This document shows, one piece after another, positions 9,448-19,829 of a stretch of 64,000 bases of DNA. The stretch is from a bacterium (GTDB lineage Bacteria > Bdellovibrionota_C > UBA2361 > CALJRW01), in NCBI GenBank assembly GCA_031385045.1, contig JANNBC010000024.1:1-64000 (forward strand). The letters run 5' to 3'. A model generated the notes under the pieces. It did not search any database, had not been told where the DNA came from, and saw only the letters and a program-made list of their open reading frames with translations. The position numbers and the translations under genes are program-made. How positions within the stretch are numbered: position 1 is the first letter of the stretch; the number at the start of each line of letters is the position of its first letter.

Positions 9448-11679
9448 TTAAGGATTAAGTCTAATAGTAAGTGAGGTATTGCGACGTTTGGCTAAAGTTC
9501 TCTGACAAGCAATTTGCAGGGCGCGTTTACTCCCCACTATGATTAATAATTTTTTGGCTCGGGTCATTGCCGTGTATAGCAATTGTCGATCCAGTAATAT
9601 AAATTGAGATTCATGAAGGACAATTATTACACATGGAATTTCGGAGCCTTGAGAGCGATGAATTGTCATAGCATAAGAAAGAGAAACCTGTGATAATTCA
9701 TTCTTCTGATAGCGTACATGACGCCCATCCCAAAGTTCGATGATTGCTTCGCCTGTTTGGGGATTTAGATCTTGAATCACCCCTTGGTCACCATTAAACA
9801 CACCCTCAGGATCGATTTGATAATTATTTACTCGTTGGCAGATGCGATCGCCAATTGCCAAGTATTGTTCACCTAACTCCAAGCGTGCTTTATTTTCTGG
9901 AGGGTTAATTCGTGCTTGAAGCTTTTGATTTAATAATTCCGATCCAACTGGGCCACGATTTGTAGCAGTAAGTAACATAATTTGATCGTTACTAATTCCA
10001 AATTTTTGAGGAATTTGTTCAGCATAAAGACTCTCTACTAAGTTAGCAATTTCCTGGGTCTCGCGCCTTGGAATAAAATAAACATCACTTGTAGTATTAC
10101 CATCGGGAACTGGAATTTCGGGAAGAATTCCAGAATTGACCTGATGAGCAAATTCAATAATTGCTGATTTATTAGCCTGTCGAAAGATTTGATTTAAAAC
10201 TACTCGTGGGACAATTGGACTAGCAAGGATATCTGCTAAAACTTTACCGGCGCCAACCGAAGGTAATTGGTCTTGGTCACCAACAATAATTAATTTAGTC
10301 TCTAGGCTAATGGCACTAAATAAATCTTTAGCAAGCATTAAATCAATCATCGAGGCTTCATCAATAATTAAGAGATCTAATGGCTGCTCATTTTCCAAAT
10401 CATCTTCTGTAAAGCGAATGGGATTATTTAAATTATGCACAAAAGATTTTTTGATTGGATCAAAACCAAGCAAGCGATGAATTGTACTAGCTGGAATCTG
10501 ACAGACCTCACTTAGTCTTTGGGCTGCTTTGCCAGTAGGCGCGGCTAATTTTATTGTCTTATTAGCTTTTTTAAAAATCTCCACAATTGTTCGAACAATT
10601 GTAGTTTTGCCACAACCAGGACCACCAGTAATAACAATTAAATTTTGCTTAGCTGCGAGGTAGAGAGCTGCAATTTGTTGCTCACTAAGGGTAATTTGTT
10701 GGGTTGCAAAATTTTTATCAAGTAAACTTGGGAGGCTAGAAGTAATATCTAATTTTAGGGTATCTAGGTGTACACGTTGTTGTATAAATTTAGCAACAAA
10801 ACATTCTGCATCATAAATACTTTTAAGATAAATCTTATCATTTTCCAAAACAACTTTTTGTTCCTCTGCTAGTTTTTGAATGCTTTCGGTTAAATCTTCA
10901 ATCTCTTCAATCTTTAAAAGAAATTTTGTCTTTTCATAGAGGTTATCCAGCTCCAGGAAACAGTGGCCATCATCTTGTAACTTTACAAGGGTGAAATAGA
11001 TCCCTGCTTGAATCCGAAGTGGGTGGTGTAAATCCATTCCAGTGTTTAGGGCAATTTGATCGGCACGTGTAAAACCAAAACCCGGTAAGTCCCAGGCTAG
11101 TCGGTAAGGATTAGTTTTAATGATATCAAGTGCTTCATTTTGATAGGTCTCAATAATTTTTTGAATTTGAAAAGTACTAAGACCAAGATCTAGGAGATAA
11201 CGACGGAGTTCTAAATGTTGATTGTGTTTACCAAAAGTTTCTTGAATATCTTGGATCGTTTTTGGGCCGATTCCAGAAACTTCGTTTAGGCGGTAGGGCT
11301 GTTGTTGGATAATTTTATAACTATCATCGCCAAATCTCTGATAAATATCAGCAGCTTTTTTCTCTCCGATCCCTGGGAAGAGTCCACTACTTAGAAAATT
11401 GATTAGACTTTCTTTGCCAGTTGGAGCAACTTGTTCCCAGAAAGCAACTTTAAATTGTCGGCCAAATTTGGGATGTTTGGCATATTGTCCACGAAGCAAG
11501 AGTTCGATTCCGGGAACTGTCGGCAAGCCAACACCAACAACAGTTAGGCTTAAAGGTGAGTCCGCAGTTTCTACTTCGAGGATCGTAAAGCCAGTTGTCG
11601 TATTACTGAAAGATACTTTATTGATTTTACCACGAATCAAAGTATGATTATTATTGGAATTATAGGAATTATCATTCAT
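9448..11679 (-). CDS. recD2: ATP-dependent RecD-like DNA helicase RecD2
   Basis: HhH repeats, GGPGCGKT Walker A, IIDEASM, GDQDQLPSVGAG, TIHRSQGSE. Confidence 0.95.
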   Translation of the reverse strand: MNDNSYNSNNNHTLIRGKINKVSFSNTTTGFTILEVETADSPLSLTVVGVGLPTVPGIELLLRGQYAKHPKFGRQFKVAFWEQVAPTGKESLINFLSSGLFPGIGEKKAADIYQRFGDDSYKIIQQQPYRLNEVSGIGPKTIQDIQETFGKHNQHLELRRYLLDLGLSTFQIQKIIETYQNEALDIIKTNPYRLAWDLPGFGFTRADQIALNTGMDLHHPLRIQAGIYFTLVKLQDDGHCFLELDNLYEKTKFLLKIEEIEDLTESIQKLAEEQKVVLENDKIYLKSIYDAECFVAKFIQQRVHLDTLKLDITSSLPSLLDKNFATQQITLSEQQIAALYLAAKQNLIVITGGPGCGKTTIVRTIVEIFKKANKTIKLAAPTGKAAQRLSEVCQIPASTIHRLLGFDPIKKSFVHNLNNPIRFTEDDLENEQPLDLLIIDEASMIDLMLAKDLFSAISLETKLIIVGDQDQLPSVGAGKVLADILASPIVPRVVLNQIFRQANKSAIIEFAHQVNSGILPEIPVPDGNTTSDVYFIPRRETQEIANLVESLYAEQIPQKFGISNDQIMLLTATNRGPVGSELLNQKLQARINPPENKARLELGEQYLAIGDRICQRVNNYQIDPEGVFNGDQGVIQDLNPQTGEAIIELWDGRHVRYQKNELSQVSLSYAMTIHRSQGSEIPCVIIVLHESQFILLDRQLLYTAMTRAKKLLIIVGSKRALQIACQRTLAKRRNTSLTIRLNP

Positions 11680-11698
11680 ACGGAAAGTTTACTGCGCT

Positions 11699-12439
11699 AT
11701 GTCCAAAAAAATAATTTTGACTCGAAGTGTCGAAGATAATCAAGCTTTGGCCAAACAGTTACTAGCATTAAATTATAGTGTTATCGAGTTTCCAGCAATT
11801 AAAATTGTCGATCATTTTAATTTAAATCAAAAAATTTCCTTAGAAGACTACGATTGCTTGGTTTTTACCTCGGCCAAAGCTATCTACGCAACTAGACGGT
11901 ATCTTGAGTCTTTACAAGTCTTTATTCCGAAAAAAACTTTAATTGCTGTTGTGGGACAGGCTTCGGCTAAAAGTTTTCAGGAATGTTTTAGAAGATCTGC
12001 TAATATCATTGCGCCAAAGTCTAATAGTGAATCCTTAGCAGATGATTTGCTCCAAAAGCTACAGCCAAAACAAAAAGTTTTATTCTTGGCAGGCAATTTA
12101 ACTCTAGATATTTTACCACAAAAGCTTGTTACCGGCGGAATGCTTGTTGATACTTTACAAGTTTATAGAAATATTATTCCCCAGGCAGATCCGCAAGCCT
12201 TACAAGAAATAAGTCAGTCAGAGGCAGGAGATTTAATTTTTCCTTTTTTTAGTCCCTCGGCCGTGGATAATTGTATAAAATTACTATCAGTTAATGCTGA
12301 TTGTTTACAGCAGGCAAAGATTATTAGTATTGGCGCAAAGACTTCAGCAAGGCTTCTTGATTATCAATTAATAGCTACTTGTGAATTGGCTCGCCCTGAT
12401 CAGCTGTTGTTAGTAAAAGCTATTTTGGATCTTGGTTAG
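11699..12439 (+). CDS. hemD: Uroporphyrinogen-III synthase
   Basis: ILTRS, LVFTS, VVGQAS, VYRN, FFSPSAV and SIGAKT HemD motifs. Confidence 0.85.
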   Translation: MSKKIILTRSVEDNQALAKQLLALNYSVIEFPAIKIVDHFNLNQKISLEDYDCLVFTSAKAIYATRRYLESLQVFIPKKTLIAVVGQASAKSFQECFRRSANIIAPKSNSESLADDLLQKLQPKQKVLFLAGNLTLDILPQKLVTGGMLVDTLQVYRNIIPQADPQALQEISQSEAGDLIFPFFSPSAVDNCIKLLSVNADCLQQAKIISIGAKTSARLLDYQLIATCELARPDQLLLVKAILDLG

Positions 12440-12917
12440 GAGGGTAGAGAATTGCTTCCGTTTTAAGGGAGATTTTATTTTTCCAGTAGTCAATATAGCG
12501 CTTGGTATGATCAAGATAATCTTGAAACTCTTTATTAGTGACTCTCAAGCGTTTTTTCCCTTTATTTTGAATTAGAAAATCAGCATCGAGTAACACAGTT
12601 AGTTGTTTTAAATTAGCGTTCCGACTTTTCCAATTAATATCAGTGACGTTTAATTCGTGCAGAATAAAAGGAATTATAGATAACTCGGCACAATCTGAGA
12701 CGGAATAAGGGAAGCCCTTGGTTTGTAAATATTTGATAATAACCTGAAGTCTTTCAACTCGTTTTTCTGATATTGAATCAAGTATTGTTGAGTAATTTGC
12801 CAGCAGCTCTTCCTCAAGTAACTCGGCAACCTCTTCGGCACGAAGTATATCTCCCCAGATTAGGACTCTGATTTGTTCCCAAAATTCAGTAAAAATATTT
12901 GGATTACTTGTGGGCAT
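12420..12917 (-). CDS. Hypothetical protein (orphan)
   Basis: 165-aa ORF with a convergent 20-bp overlap with hemD. Confidence 0.5.
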   Translation of the reverse strand: MPTSNPNIFTEFWEQIRVLIWGDILRAEEVAELLEEELLANYSTILDSISEKRVERLQVIIKYLQTKGFPYSVSDCAELSIIPFILHELNVTDINWKSRNANLKQLTVLLDADFLIQNKGKKRLRVTNKEFQDYLDHTKRYIDYWKNKISLKTEAILYPPNQDPK

Positions 12918-13222
12918 GATATCTAATGTCGATGAAAGGTATATAAATTTATTAGAGTTATTCTATAAGCTTATAATTGGGTTTTAGTCCTAGAGATCCA
13001 GTTTTATCCACGAGCATTTTAGCAAGCTGGAATTTTCAGAAAGACGCTTATCCATATATAGTATTTCTAAAGCTATATTCTGTACAGTGATTGATTCAAT
13101 TTATTTAAAATAATTAACAATTTATAGATACTAAAATCGATTGGTTTTTTTATAAAGGCAGGGCAAAACATGCCTATGCCTAAACTTTTTCAGTTTGTTA
13201 GGGTTTAGATCTGTCCTGCTTG

Positions 13223-13251
13223 TTTACACTCATTATTGAAAACTATATATT
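13223..13251 (+). promoter_or_regulatory. sigma70-type promoter, probably leaderless serS
   Basis: TTTACA-N17-TATATT ending 6 nt before the ATG at 13258; no SD sequence. Confidence 0.55.
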
Positions 13252-13257
13252 AATTAA

Positions 13258-14538
13258 ATGATTGACTTAAACCACTTACGAACAAATCCTGAGTTATACG
13301 AAGATGCTTGCCTCAAAAAGGGAGTAAAATTTAGTATTAGCGAATTTCTAGACTTAGATCGGGAGTATCGTTCCACTAAGCAAAAGACAGAAGAAATGCG
13401 CTCCTTACAAAATTCAGTAAGTAAGGAAATGCCTAAGTTAAGTGGCGCAGCCAAGGAAGCTAAGTTGGCTGAAATGAAAGAATTATCAAGTCAATTAAAG
13501 GATTTATCTAGTAGTTTTGGCGAGATTGAAACTAAATGGTCAAGGTTACAATTACAAATCCCAGCAATTCCTCTAGCAGAAGTTCCCTATGGTAAGACAG
13601 ATGCCGATAATGTTGAGCGTAGAACTTGGGGAACTTTACCTCAGTATGATTTTGAAATCAGAGATCACGTAGCTCTTGGTGACCTCTTAGATATTATTGA
13701 TATCCCAAGAGGGGTTAAGGTTGCTGGCGCGAGAAATTATTTTCTAAAAGGTGCAGGTGCCATGTTACAACATGCTATTCTGTCTTTAGCGATGGAAGTA
13801 TTGGAGCAGGAAAATTATACGATTATGGATTGTCCCCACTTGGTTCTAAAAGAGAGTATGGAGGGTACGGGCTATTTTCCAGGCGGGGAAGAAATGGCAT
13901 TCCATCTTGATGAGCGGGATGATAATCATTATTTAATTGGAACTTCAGAGGTTTCAGTTTGTTCGTATCATAAAGATGAAATTCTTGATTTGGAGGAGTT
14001 GCCACTGCGTTACGCTGGCTATTCTCCATGTTATCGCCGAGAGGCTGGGGCTTATGGTCGGGATACTCATGGACTTTATCGAGTGCATCAATTCTATAAA
14101 GTGGAACAAGTAGTAATTTGTAAAGCTTGTCCTAAAGAATCTGCAAAATTACATCAAGAATTGTTAGGTAACGCCGAAAAAGTCTTACAGCTTTTGGAGA
14201 TGCCTTATCGGGTAGTCGATGTTTGTACAGGGGACATGGGACAGGGGCAAGTTTATAAGAATGATATCGAAGTTTGGATGCCATCGAGACAGGCTTACGG
14301 AGAAACTCATAGCTGTTCAACTTTTTATGATTTTCAGGCTAGACGTTTAAAATTAAGATATAAAGATGAGGACGGTAATAATGTTTTATGCCATACTCTC
14401 AATAATACCTGCGTAGCATCACCTCGAATTTTAATTCCTCTCTTAGAATTAAATCAGAATGAAGATGGTAGCATTAATATCCCTAAGGCTTTACAGAAGT
14501 TTATGGGTGGTAAAACAGTTATTAAACCTAAGCAATAA
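13258..14538 (+). CDS. serS: Serine--tRNA ligase
   Basis: N-terminal coiled coil, LIGTSE, CYRREAG, GLYRVHQF, ETHSCS, HTLNNT. Confidence 0.97.
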   Translation: MIDLNHLRTNPELYEDACLKKGVKFSISEFLDLDREYRSTKQKTEEMRSLQNSVSKEMPKLSGAAKEAKLAEMKELSSQLKDLSSSFGEIETKWSRLQLQIPAIPLAEVPYGKTDADNVERRTWGTLPQYDFEIRDHVALGDLLDIIDIPRGVKVAGARNYFLKGAGAMLQHAILSLAMEVLEQENYTIMDCPHLVLKESMEGTGYFPGGEEMAFHLDERDDNHYLIGTSEVSVCSYHKDEILDLEELPLRYAGYSPCYRREAGAYGRDTHGLYRVHQFYKVEQVVICKACPKESAKLHQELLGNAEKVLQLLEMPYRVVDVCTGDMGQGQVYKNDIEVWMPSRQAYGETHSCSTFYDFQARRLKLRYKDEDGNNVLCHTLNNTCVASPRILIPLLELNQNEDGSINIPKALQKFMGGKTVIKPKQ

Positions 14539-14541
14539 ACC

Positions 14542-15225
14542 TTGATTGATTTTAACCGAGCATTAATAAAATCTTTTGCTGATTTACGAGCGAATAAGAT
14601 TGGCTTGCTAGGAGGTACTTTTGATCCACCACATAATGGTCACTTGCAAGTCGCCCAAGAGGTAAAAAATCGTTATCAACTAGACTGTGTTGTTTTAATT
14701 CCTGCTAAACGGAACCCTCTTAAAGAGTCAGGTCCAGTTGCCAGTGATGCCGAGCGATTAAAAATGTTAGAGCTGTTAGTTTCTGGGGAGGAAAATATTT
14801 TTATTTCCAACATGGAGATTGCTAGGACGGAACCTTCCTATACTTGCTTAACACTTCAGGAAATTAAAGCTCAAATCAGTCCAACTGCCGAGCTTCATTT
14901 AATTCTTGGGACTGATAATTTATTTGATCAAAAAGATAAACATACATCTTTACCTTATTGGAAAAATAAATCCGAAATATTTCAGTTAGCGCACTTAAGC
15001 TTTGTTGCCAGAGATGATTTTAAAAAAGAAGAATTAGCAAAAGTTAACCGAAGTCAGTATTCAGATCTAGAGTGGCAAGAGATTGAAGCCAATTTAGTTC
15101 CACTTAATCTTCCAATGTCTGCGACACAAGTACGAGAGGGTATTTATCAGGCAGATTTTCCCAAAGGTATCCTACCCGATAAAGTTCGTGATTATATTCT
15201 ATCGCGACAACTTTATAGAAAATAG
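14542..15225 (+). CDS. nadD: Nicotinate-nucleotide adenylyltransferase
   Basis: GGTFDPPHNGH, SYT, ILGTD, SATQVR. Confidence 0.93.
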   Translation: MIDFNRALIKSFADLRANKIGLLGGTFDPPHNGHLQVAQEVKNRYQLDCVVLIPAKRNPLKESGPVASDAERLKMLELLVSGEENIFISNMEIARTEPSYTCLTLQEIKAQISPTAELHLILGTDNLFDQKDKHTSLPYWKNKSEIFQLAHLSFVARDDFKKEELAKVNRSQYSDLEWQEIEANLVPLNLPMSATQVREGIYQADFPKGILPDKVRDYILSRQLYRK

Positions 15226-15237
15226 TCTGATTATTTT

Positions 15238-16008
15238 TTAGCTTAGAGATGCTAATGGAGAATTCTTAAGCTTCTCTTTCTGGTTATATAGTCGACCAGT
15301 CGATTTTTTAAATTCATTACGAAACTTTTGAATATTTCTAAGTTTAGGCATTACTGCCCGATTCCATTTAACTTTTGTAGCTTCTAAATCCTTAATCAAA
15401 TCTGTTTCATATTTTCCAAACTCGGAGCCTTTAACATGTCGAGTTAACTGACGAATAGCCTTTAATCTATGTTTTAACCCGGGAGGCAGGGCACCATTAT
15501 AACCATATTCAACTCTTAGATCGTCTGGAAAGCATTTTTTTAATTGCTTTAAGGTTTCTTTGGCAGAGTCAACATAAAGTGTTCTTAGTTCACCGACAAA
15601 ACGAAGTGTATCAGAGGAAAATCTATTTAAAAGTTCAGGTGTGACAAGCGGTTCAATTTTGGAAAGGAATTTGTAAAGTGAAGCATGATCCTTCCAGTGT
15701 TGATAGTGTTCGATAACTTCATGCAATTTCTCTTGAATAATTGGATTGTTTATTAGTGTTGGTCGCTCTTTAATAATCTCAACTATTTTATCTAGAACTA
15801 GTACCTCTTTTTGGGTTTTGATATCTCTAACTTTAAAAGTAAAATGAGGTAATTCTAAAAGCTGAGTGACTGCTCTTTTGTATCCAGCGTGAACGCGATC
15901 TGACTCCGGGGCAAGACTAATAACTACATCTGGAGTAACTGGTGGAGGAGTGGGAGTGGTACTACCATTAATAGCTCGAGCAGCTTTTTCTAAAAACTGT
16001 AATAACAT
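15238..16008 (-). CDS. Hypothetical Lys-rich helical protein (orphan)
   Basis: 256-aa ORF; N-terminal Pro/Thr stretch; no recognisable family. Confidence 0.55.
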   Translation of the reverse strand: MLLQFLEKAARAINGSTTPTPPPVTPDVVISLAPESDRVHAGYKRAVTQLLELPHFTFKVRDIKTQKEVLVLDKIVEIIKERPTLINNPIIQEKLHEVIEHYQHWKDHASLYKFLSKIEPLVTPELLNRFSSDTLRFVGELRTLYVDSAKETLKQLKKCFPDDLRVEYGYNGALPPGLKHRLKAIRQLTRHVKGSEFGKYETDLIKDLEATKVKWNRAVMPKLRNIQKFRNEFKKSTGRLYNQKEKLKNSPLASLS

Positions 16009-16349
16009 ATAGATTAATTAATTACCCAACTGCCATCATGAACAATTGGAGTTTTGGTTAAATTCTAAGGCGCAGGTATACTAAAAATTGCCTGGATATC
16101 CAAATTGCAAATCAGTATAATTGCTTTTTTACATACCTGTTATTGAGCTTAATAATAATGTGTGTTGAAAATTCTATTTGAAGTGTTGGAATATTATATA
16201 TATTGAATTCTATTTAGTTATCAATGACTTAGGTTTCATAAATAACAGATTTTAATTCTCGCTTTTACAATTAAAACAATTGTTCTGGTGCCATTCACGA
16301 AATTTACTGATAATTTGAGCTTTTAAGGATTAATGTTAAATTAGCTTCT

Positions 16350-17396
16350 ATGTTATCAGAATCACTCTTAATTAGATCGTATAGAAGTCAACCCGTTCCA
16401 CGTCCTCCCATTTGGTTAATGCGGCAAGCCGGACGTTATTTGCCAGAATATTTGGCTATCAGGGAAAAATACTCAATTAATCAAGTTATTAATAATCCGG
16501 AATTAGCCTTTGAGGTTACCATGCAGCCAATTAGGCGGTTTGGTTTTGATGCTTCAATTGTTTTTGCTGACTTATTAACACCACTTCAGGGCCTAGGTTT
16601 TAAATTTGATTTCTTGGAATCAATTGGACCAAAATTAGAAGCTCCGATTAGAGATGTGCGTGATTTAGATCGCTTAACTCCATTTATTCCGGAAGAAAGT
16701 GTTGCCGGAACGCTTCAAGCAATAGAATTATTAAGTGCTGAATTGCAAAAGACTAGCACGCCACTTATTGGATTTGCCGGAGCACCATTTACAGTCTCTT
16801 CATATTTAATTGAAGGAAAAAGTAATCCTAAATTGAACTTAACTAAGAAGTTTTTCTTTGAGCATCCAGAAGCTTGGCATAAATTACAAGAACATTTAGT
16901 AGAAGCCTTAACTTCCTATCTACTTGCTCAGGTTGATGCTGGTTGTCAGGCACTGCAGATTTTTGATTCTTGGCTTGGAGGTATGAGCCTTCGTCAGTAT
17001 CAAGTCTTTGTTAAACCTTATCTGGAAAAATTAATTGATAACATTCGAGTCAAGACTGATTGTCCGATTGTTTTTTTTGGAACGGGCTTATTCCATCTTT
17101 CTTCGGAGCTTAAAAATTTGAATGTGGAATGTCAGGGTGTCGATTGGAGACAAAGCTTAACGGTTGCTACCCAAGCGCTGGGAGGTAAGTTTTGTTTGCA
17201 AGGCAATCTTGACCCCTTAATGTTATTTGCCGATTGGAAGCAGATCGAATTAGAAGTAGATCAAATTTTACGAGAAGCAGAAGGCTTAAGTGGATTTGTT
17301 TTTAATCTGGGGCATGGAATTTTACCTCAAACTCCGATTGCTAATGTTGAAAAATTAGTTGAAAAATTGAAAAACTATGGAACAAAGCAATGTTAA
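16350..17396 (+). CDS. hemE: Uroporphyrinogen decarboxylase
   Basis: PIWLMRQAGRYLPEY, IGFAGAPFT, QIFDSW, FNLGHG. Confidence 0.97.
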   Translation: MLSESLLIRSYRSQPVPRPPIWLMRQAGRYLPEYLAIREKYSINQVINNPELAFEVTMQPIRRFGFDASIVFADLLTPLQGLGFKFDFLESIGPKLEAPIRDVRDLDRLTPFIPEESVAGTLQAIELLSAELQKTSTPLIGFAGAPFTVSSYLIEGKSNPKLNLTKKFFFEHPEAWHKLQEHLVEALTSYLLAQVDAGCQALQIFDSWLGGMSLRQYQVFVKPYLEKLIDNIRVKTDCPIVFFGTGLFHLSSELKNLNVECQGVDWRQSLTVATQALGGKFCLQGNLDPLMLFADWKQIELEVDQILREAEGLSGFVFNLGHGILPQTPIANVEKLVEKLKNYGTKQC

Positions 17397-18028
17397 AAAT
17401 TGAAACTATTGAAGTAACTCCAATTCAGCAAAACTGTCGCGTGATTTATGATTCAGAAATTAAATCAGCAGTTATTGTTGATCCTGGTGGTGATATAGAT
17501 TTAATTATTAATTTTCTTAATTCGCAAAACTTGACGCCTGAAGCAGTTTGGTTAACGCACTCCCATTATGATCATTGTGGTGGAGTCGCAACACTACTAA
17601 AACAATTGCCGATTAAGCTCTTTGGGCACATTGAAGGGCAGATGTTTCGCGAGGCAGTAGAGTATTCAGCATCTCGTTTTGGAGGACGCGCTAAGGATAT
17701 GAGTAATTGTCCTGAGCCGGATGTGTATTTAAATGAGGGAGATCTGCTTAGCGTCGCTGGACACGAGTTCCAAGTTTTTTATACTCCAGGTCATGCGCCT
17801 GATCATCTTGTTTTTTACAACAAAGCCAATAATTTACTAATTGCTGGTGATACTGTCTTTCGGCAATCAATTGGACGCACAGATTTGCCAGGTGGAAACT
17901 ATCAGTTGTTAATTGAGAGTATCCGTAATAAAATCTTAGTATTACCTGAAAAAACAGAGATAATGCCTGGCCATGGTCCGAGTACGACCGTTGGGTATGA
18001 AAAATCATACAATCAATTTTTAAGGTAA
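17390..18028 (+). CDS. MBL-fold metallo-hydrolase (glyoxalase II/YcbL-like)
   Basis: THSHYDH, TPGH, GDTVF, GRTDLPGG, PGHG. Confidence 0.92.
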   Translation: MLKIETIEVTPIQQNCRVIYDSEIKSAVIVDPGGDIDLIINFLNSQNLTPEAVWLTHSHYDHCGGVATLLKQLPIKLFGHIEGQMFREAVEYSASRFGGRAKDMSNCPEPDVYLNEGDLLSVAGHEFQVFYTPGHAPDHLVFYNKANNLLIAGDTVFRQSIGRTDLPGGNYQLLIESIRNKILVLPEKTEIMPGHGPSTTVGYEKSYNQFLR

Positions 18029-18031
18029 GTA

Positions 18032-18048
18032 GTAGAGACTGCGCAGTC
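18032..18048 (+). repeat. GTAG-led REP-like palindrome
   Basis: GTAGA-GACT-GCGC-AGTC just after the stop codon; shares the GTAGAGAC start with 40336. Confidence 0.4.
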
Positions 18049-18113
18049 AGTAGTTTTTAAAAATTTCAATTGCTAGGAAACTAGTTTCTGTTAAAAAATT
18101 TAAATATAAAGTT

Positions 18114-19322
18114 ATGGCTTATTCACACGTTGGTAGAAATAAAGTTTTGTTAGGTGTATCTGGCTCGATTGCGGCCTATAAATCATTGGAGTTGGTGCGA
18201 CTGCTGATCAAGCGTGGCTTGGAAGTTAAGGTCATAATGACTAAATCGGCGGAAGAGTTTATTCGTCCTTTAAGTTTTGAAACATTAACTAGAAATCCGG
18301 TAGTTACATCGCTTTGGGATCCATTAGATTCAGATTCAATTAATCATGTCGAGCTTGGTTCTTGGGCTGATGTTTTTGCGATAGTCCCAGCAACGGCTGA
18401 AACTATTTCCGGCTTAGCTTATGGTCAAGCAAATAATGAATTGTTAGCCACCGCCTTAATTACTCGAGTTCCGTTGCTTGTTGCCCCAGCGATGAATACT
18501 AATATGTATACTCATCCGGCCACGCAAGCTAATTTACAAATTCTTAAATCTCGTGGTGTAGAAATTATTGAGCCGATTGAGGGAGACTTGGCCTGTGGTT
18601 GGAATGGAACTGGATGCCTTGCTGATGTTTATGAAATTCAGTATCGCATTCTTCGTGCCCTTACAATTCAAGATTATGCTGGTAAGAAGATGGTCATTAC
18701 TGCTGGACCAACTAGGGAAATGATTGATCCTGTAAGGTTTATGACTAATCGATCTTCAGGGAAAATGGGCGTGGCACTTGCGAAAGAAGCCTATTTGCGT
18801 GGTGCCGAAGTGGAGCTGATCCATGGTCCAATTGCAGTAAAAGTTCCTAGTGGTGTTAAGTTAACTCCCGTTTTATCAGCAGATGAAATGCGTGATGCCG
18901 TTTTAAAATCCTATACGCCGGAGGTTGATGTCGTGGTGATGGCAGCAGCAGTTGCTGATTTTAAGCCAAAACATCCGGAAGATTATAAAATTAAAAAATC
19001 TTCTGAATTAAAAAGTCTCGAGCTTCTTCCGAATGATGATATTCTACAAGTCCTTGGTGAAAAGCGGGCAGATGCTGGCAGTCCTAAACTGGTTGGCTTT
19101 GCAGTGGAAACTTGTGACGAAGAACAATTGATCGAGTTCGTGCATCAAAAAATTGCTCGTAAGAAAGTAGATTTGATTGTGGGAAATTTGGCTCATGAAT
19201 CTTTAGATCGTGAAACTAACCATGTCTGGATTGTTGATAAGATTGGACGGAGTGAGGAAGTTTCCACAACTTATAAGAGTCGTATTGCCAGAAAGATCTT
19301 AGACTTTGTGCATAAGCTATAA
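18114..19322 (+). CDS. coaBC: Bifunctional phosphopantothenoylcysteine decarboxylase/phosphopantothenate--cysteine ligase
   Basis: GVSGSIAAYK, APAMNTNMY, TAGPTREMIDPVRFMTNRSSGKMG. Confidence 0.97.
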   Translation: MAYSHVGRNKVLLGVSGSIAAYKSLELVRLLIKRGLEVKVIMTKSAEEFIRPLSFETLTRNPVVTSLWDPLDSDSINHVELGSWADVFAIVPATAETISGLAYGQANNELLATALITRVPLLVAPAMNTNMYTHPATQANLQILKSRGVEIIEPIEGDLACGWNGTGCLADVYEIQYRILRALTIQDYAGKKMVITAGPTREMIDPVRFMTNRSSGKMGVALAKEAYLRGAEVELIHGPIAVKVPSGVKLTPVLSADEMRDAVLKSYTPEVDVVVMAAAVADFKPKHPEDYKIKKSSELKSLELLPNDDILQVLGEKRADAGSPKLVGFAVETCDEEQLIEFVHQKIARKKVDLIVGNLAHESLDRETNHVWIVDKIGRSEEVSTTYKSRIARKILDFVHKL

Positions 19323-19346
19323 AAATTTTAAATACCTAGTATTTTA

Positions 19347-19829
19347 ATGGAATTACCAACCGAAATCTCTCCTGAGTTAATTGCTAGCTTTAAATATTAT
19401 TTTGCAAATTATCCAGAAGGTATTTCTTTGCAAGATCTAATTGCTGCTGGTCAAAGTGCGAGACAAGCTGATGCCAAGGAGAATCTCACTAGAGAATTTA
19501 TTTTTGTTGTAGATCAAAGCCTGACAAGCGATCCAGAGCTTGCTGGCTTTTTAGATCAAATCATTAATAAAGGTCTAAAATTAAATCTCGACGATTATCA
19601 AATCATAACTAATGACCTAGCTGTATTAGCTATGTCTACTAAGTTGCTAGTTTGTTTTGGTATTAATAGTTTGGGATCACTGGCATTGGGGCATGATTTT
19701 CCACAGGTGCGTAATAGCATCATAGCTGGAACAAGTTCTGACATGCTAGTAACTGATAGTTTAAGTCAAATAAAAAACAATCCTGATAAGAAGAAAGAAT
19801 TTTGGGAGGTATTAAAACGTTATGCCTAA
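19347..19829 (+). CDS. Degenerate uracil-DNA-glycosylase-fold / DNA polymerase III psi-like protein
   Basis: C-terminal VTDSLSQIKNNPDKKKEFWEVLK and KLLVCFG resemble the family-4 UDG/HolD scaffold; catalytic motifs are absent. Confidence 0.5.
   Translation: MELPTEISPELIASFKYYFANYPEGISLQDLIAAGQSARQADAKENLTREFIFVVDQSLTSDPELAGFLDQIINKGLKLNLDDYQIITNDLAVLAMSTKLLVCFGINSLGSLALGHDFPQVRNSIIAGTSSDMLVTDSLSQIKNNPDKKKEFWEVLKRYA

Noticed and set aside
13004..13012. DnaA-box-like TTATCCACG (also TTATCCACC at 58663)
   Set aside because: Isolated single-mismatch boxes with no cluster or dnaA context; not an oriC
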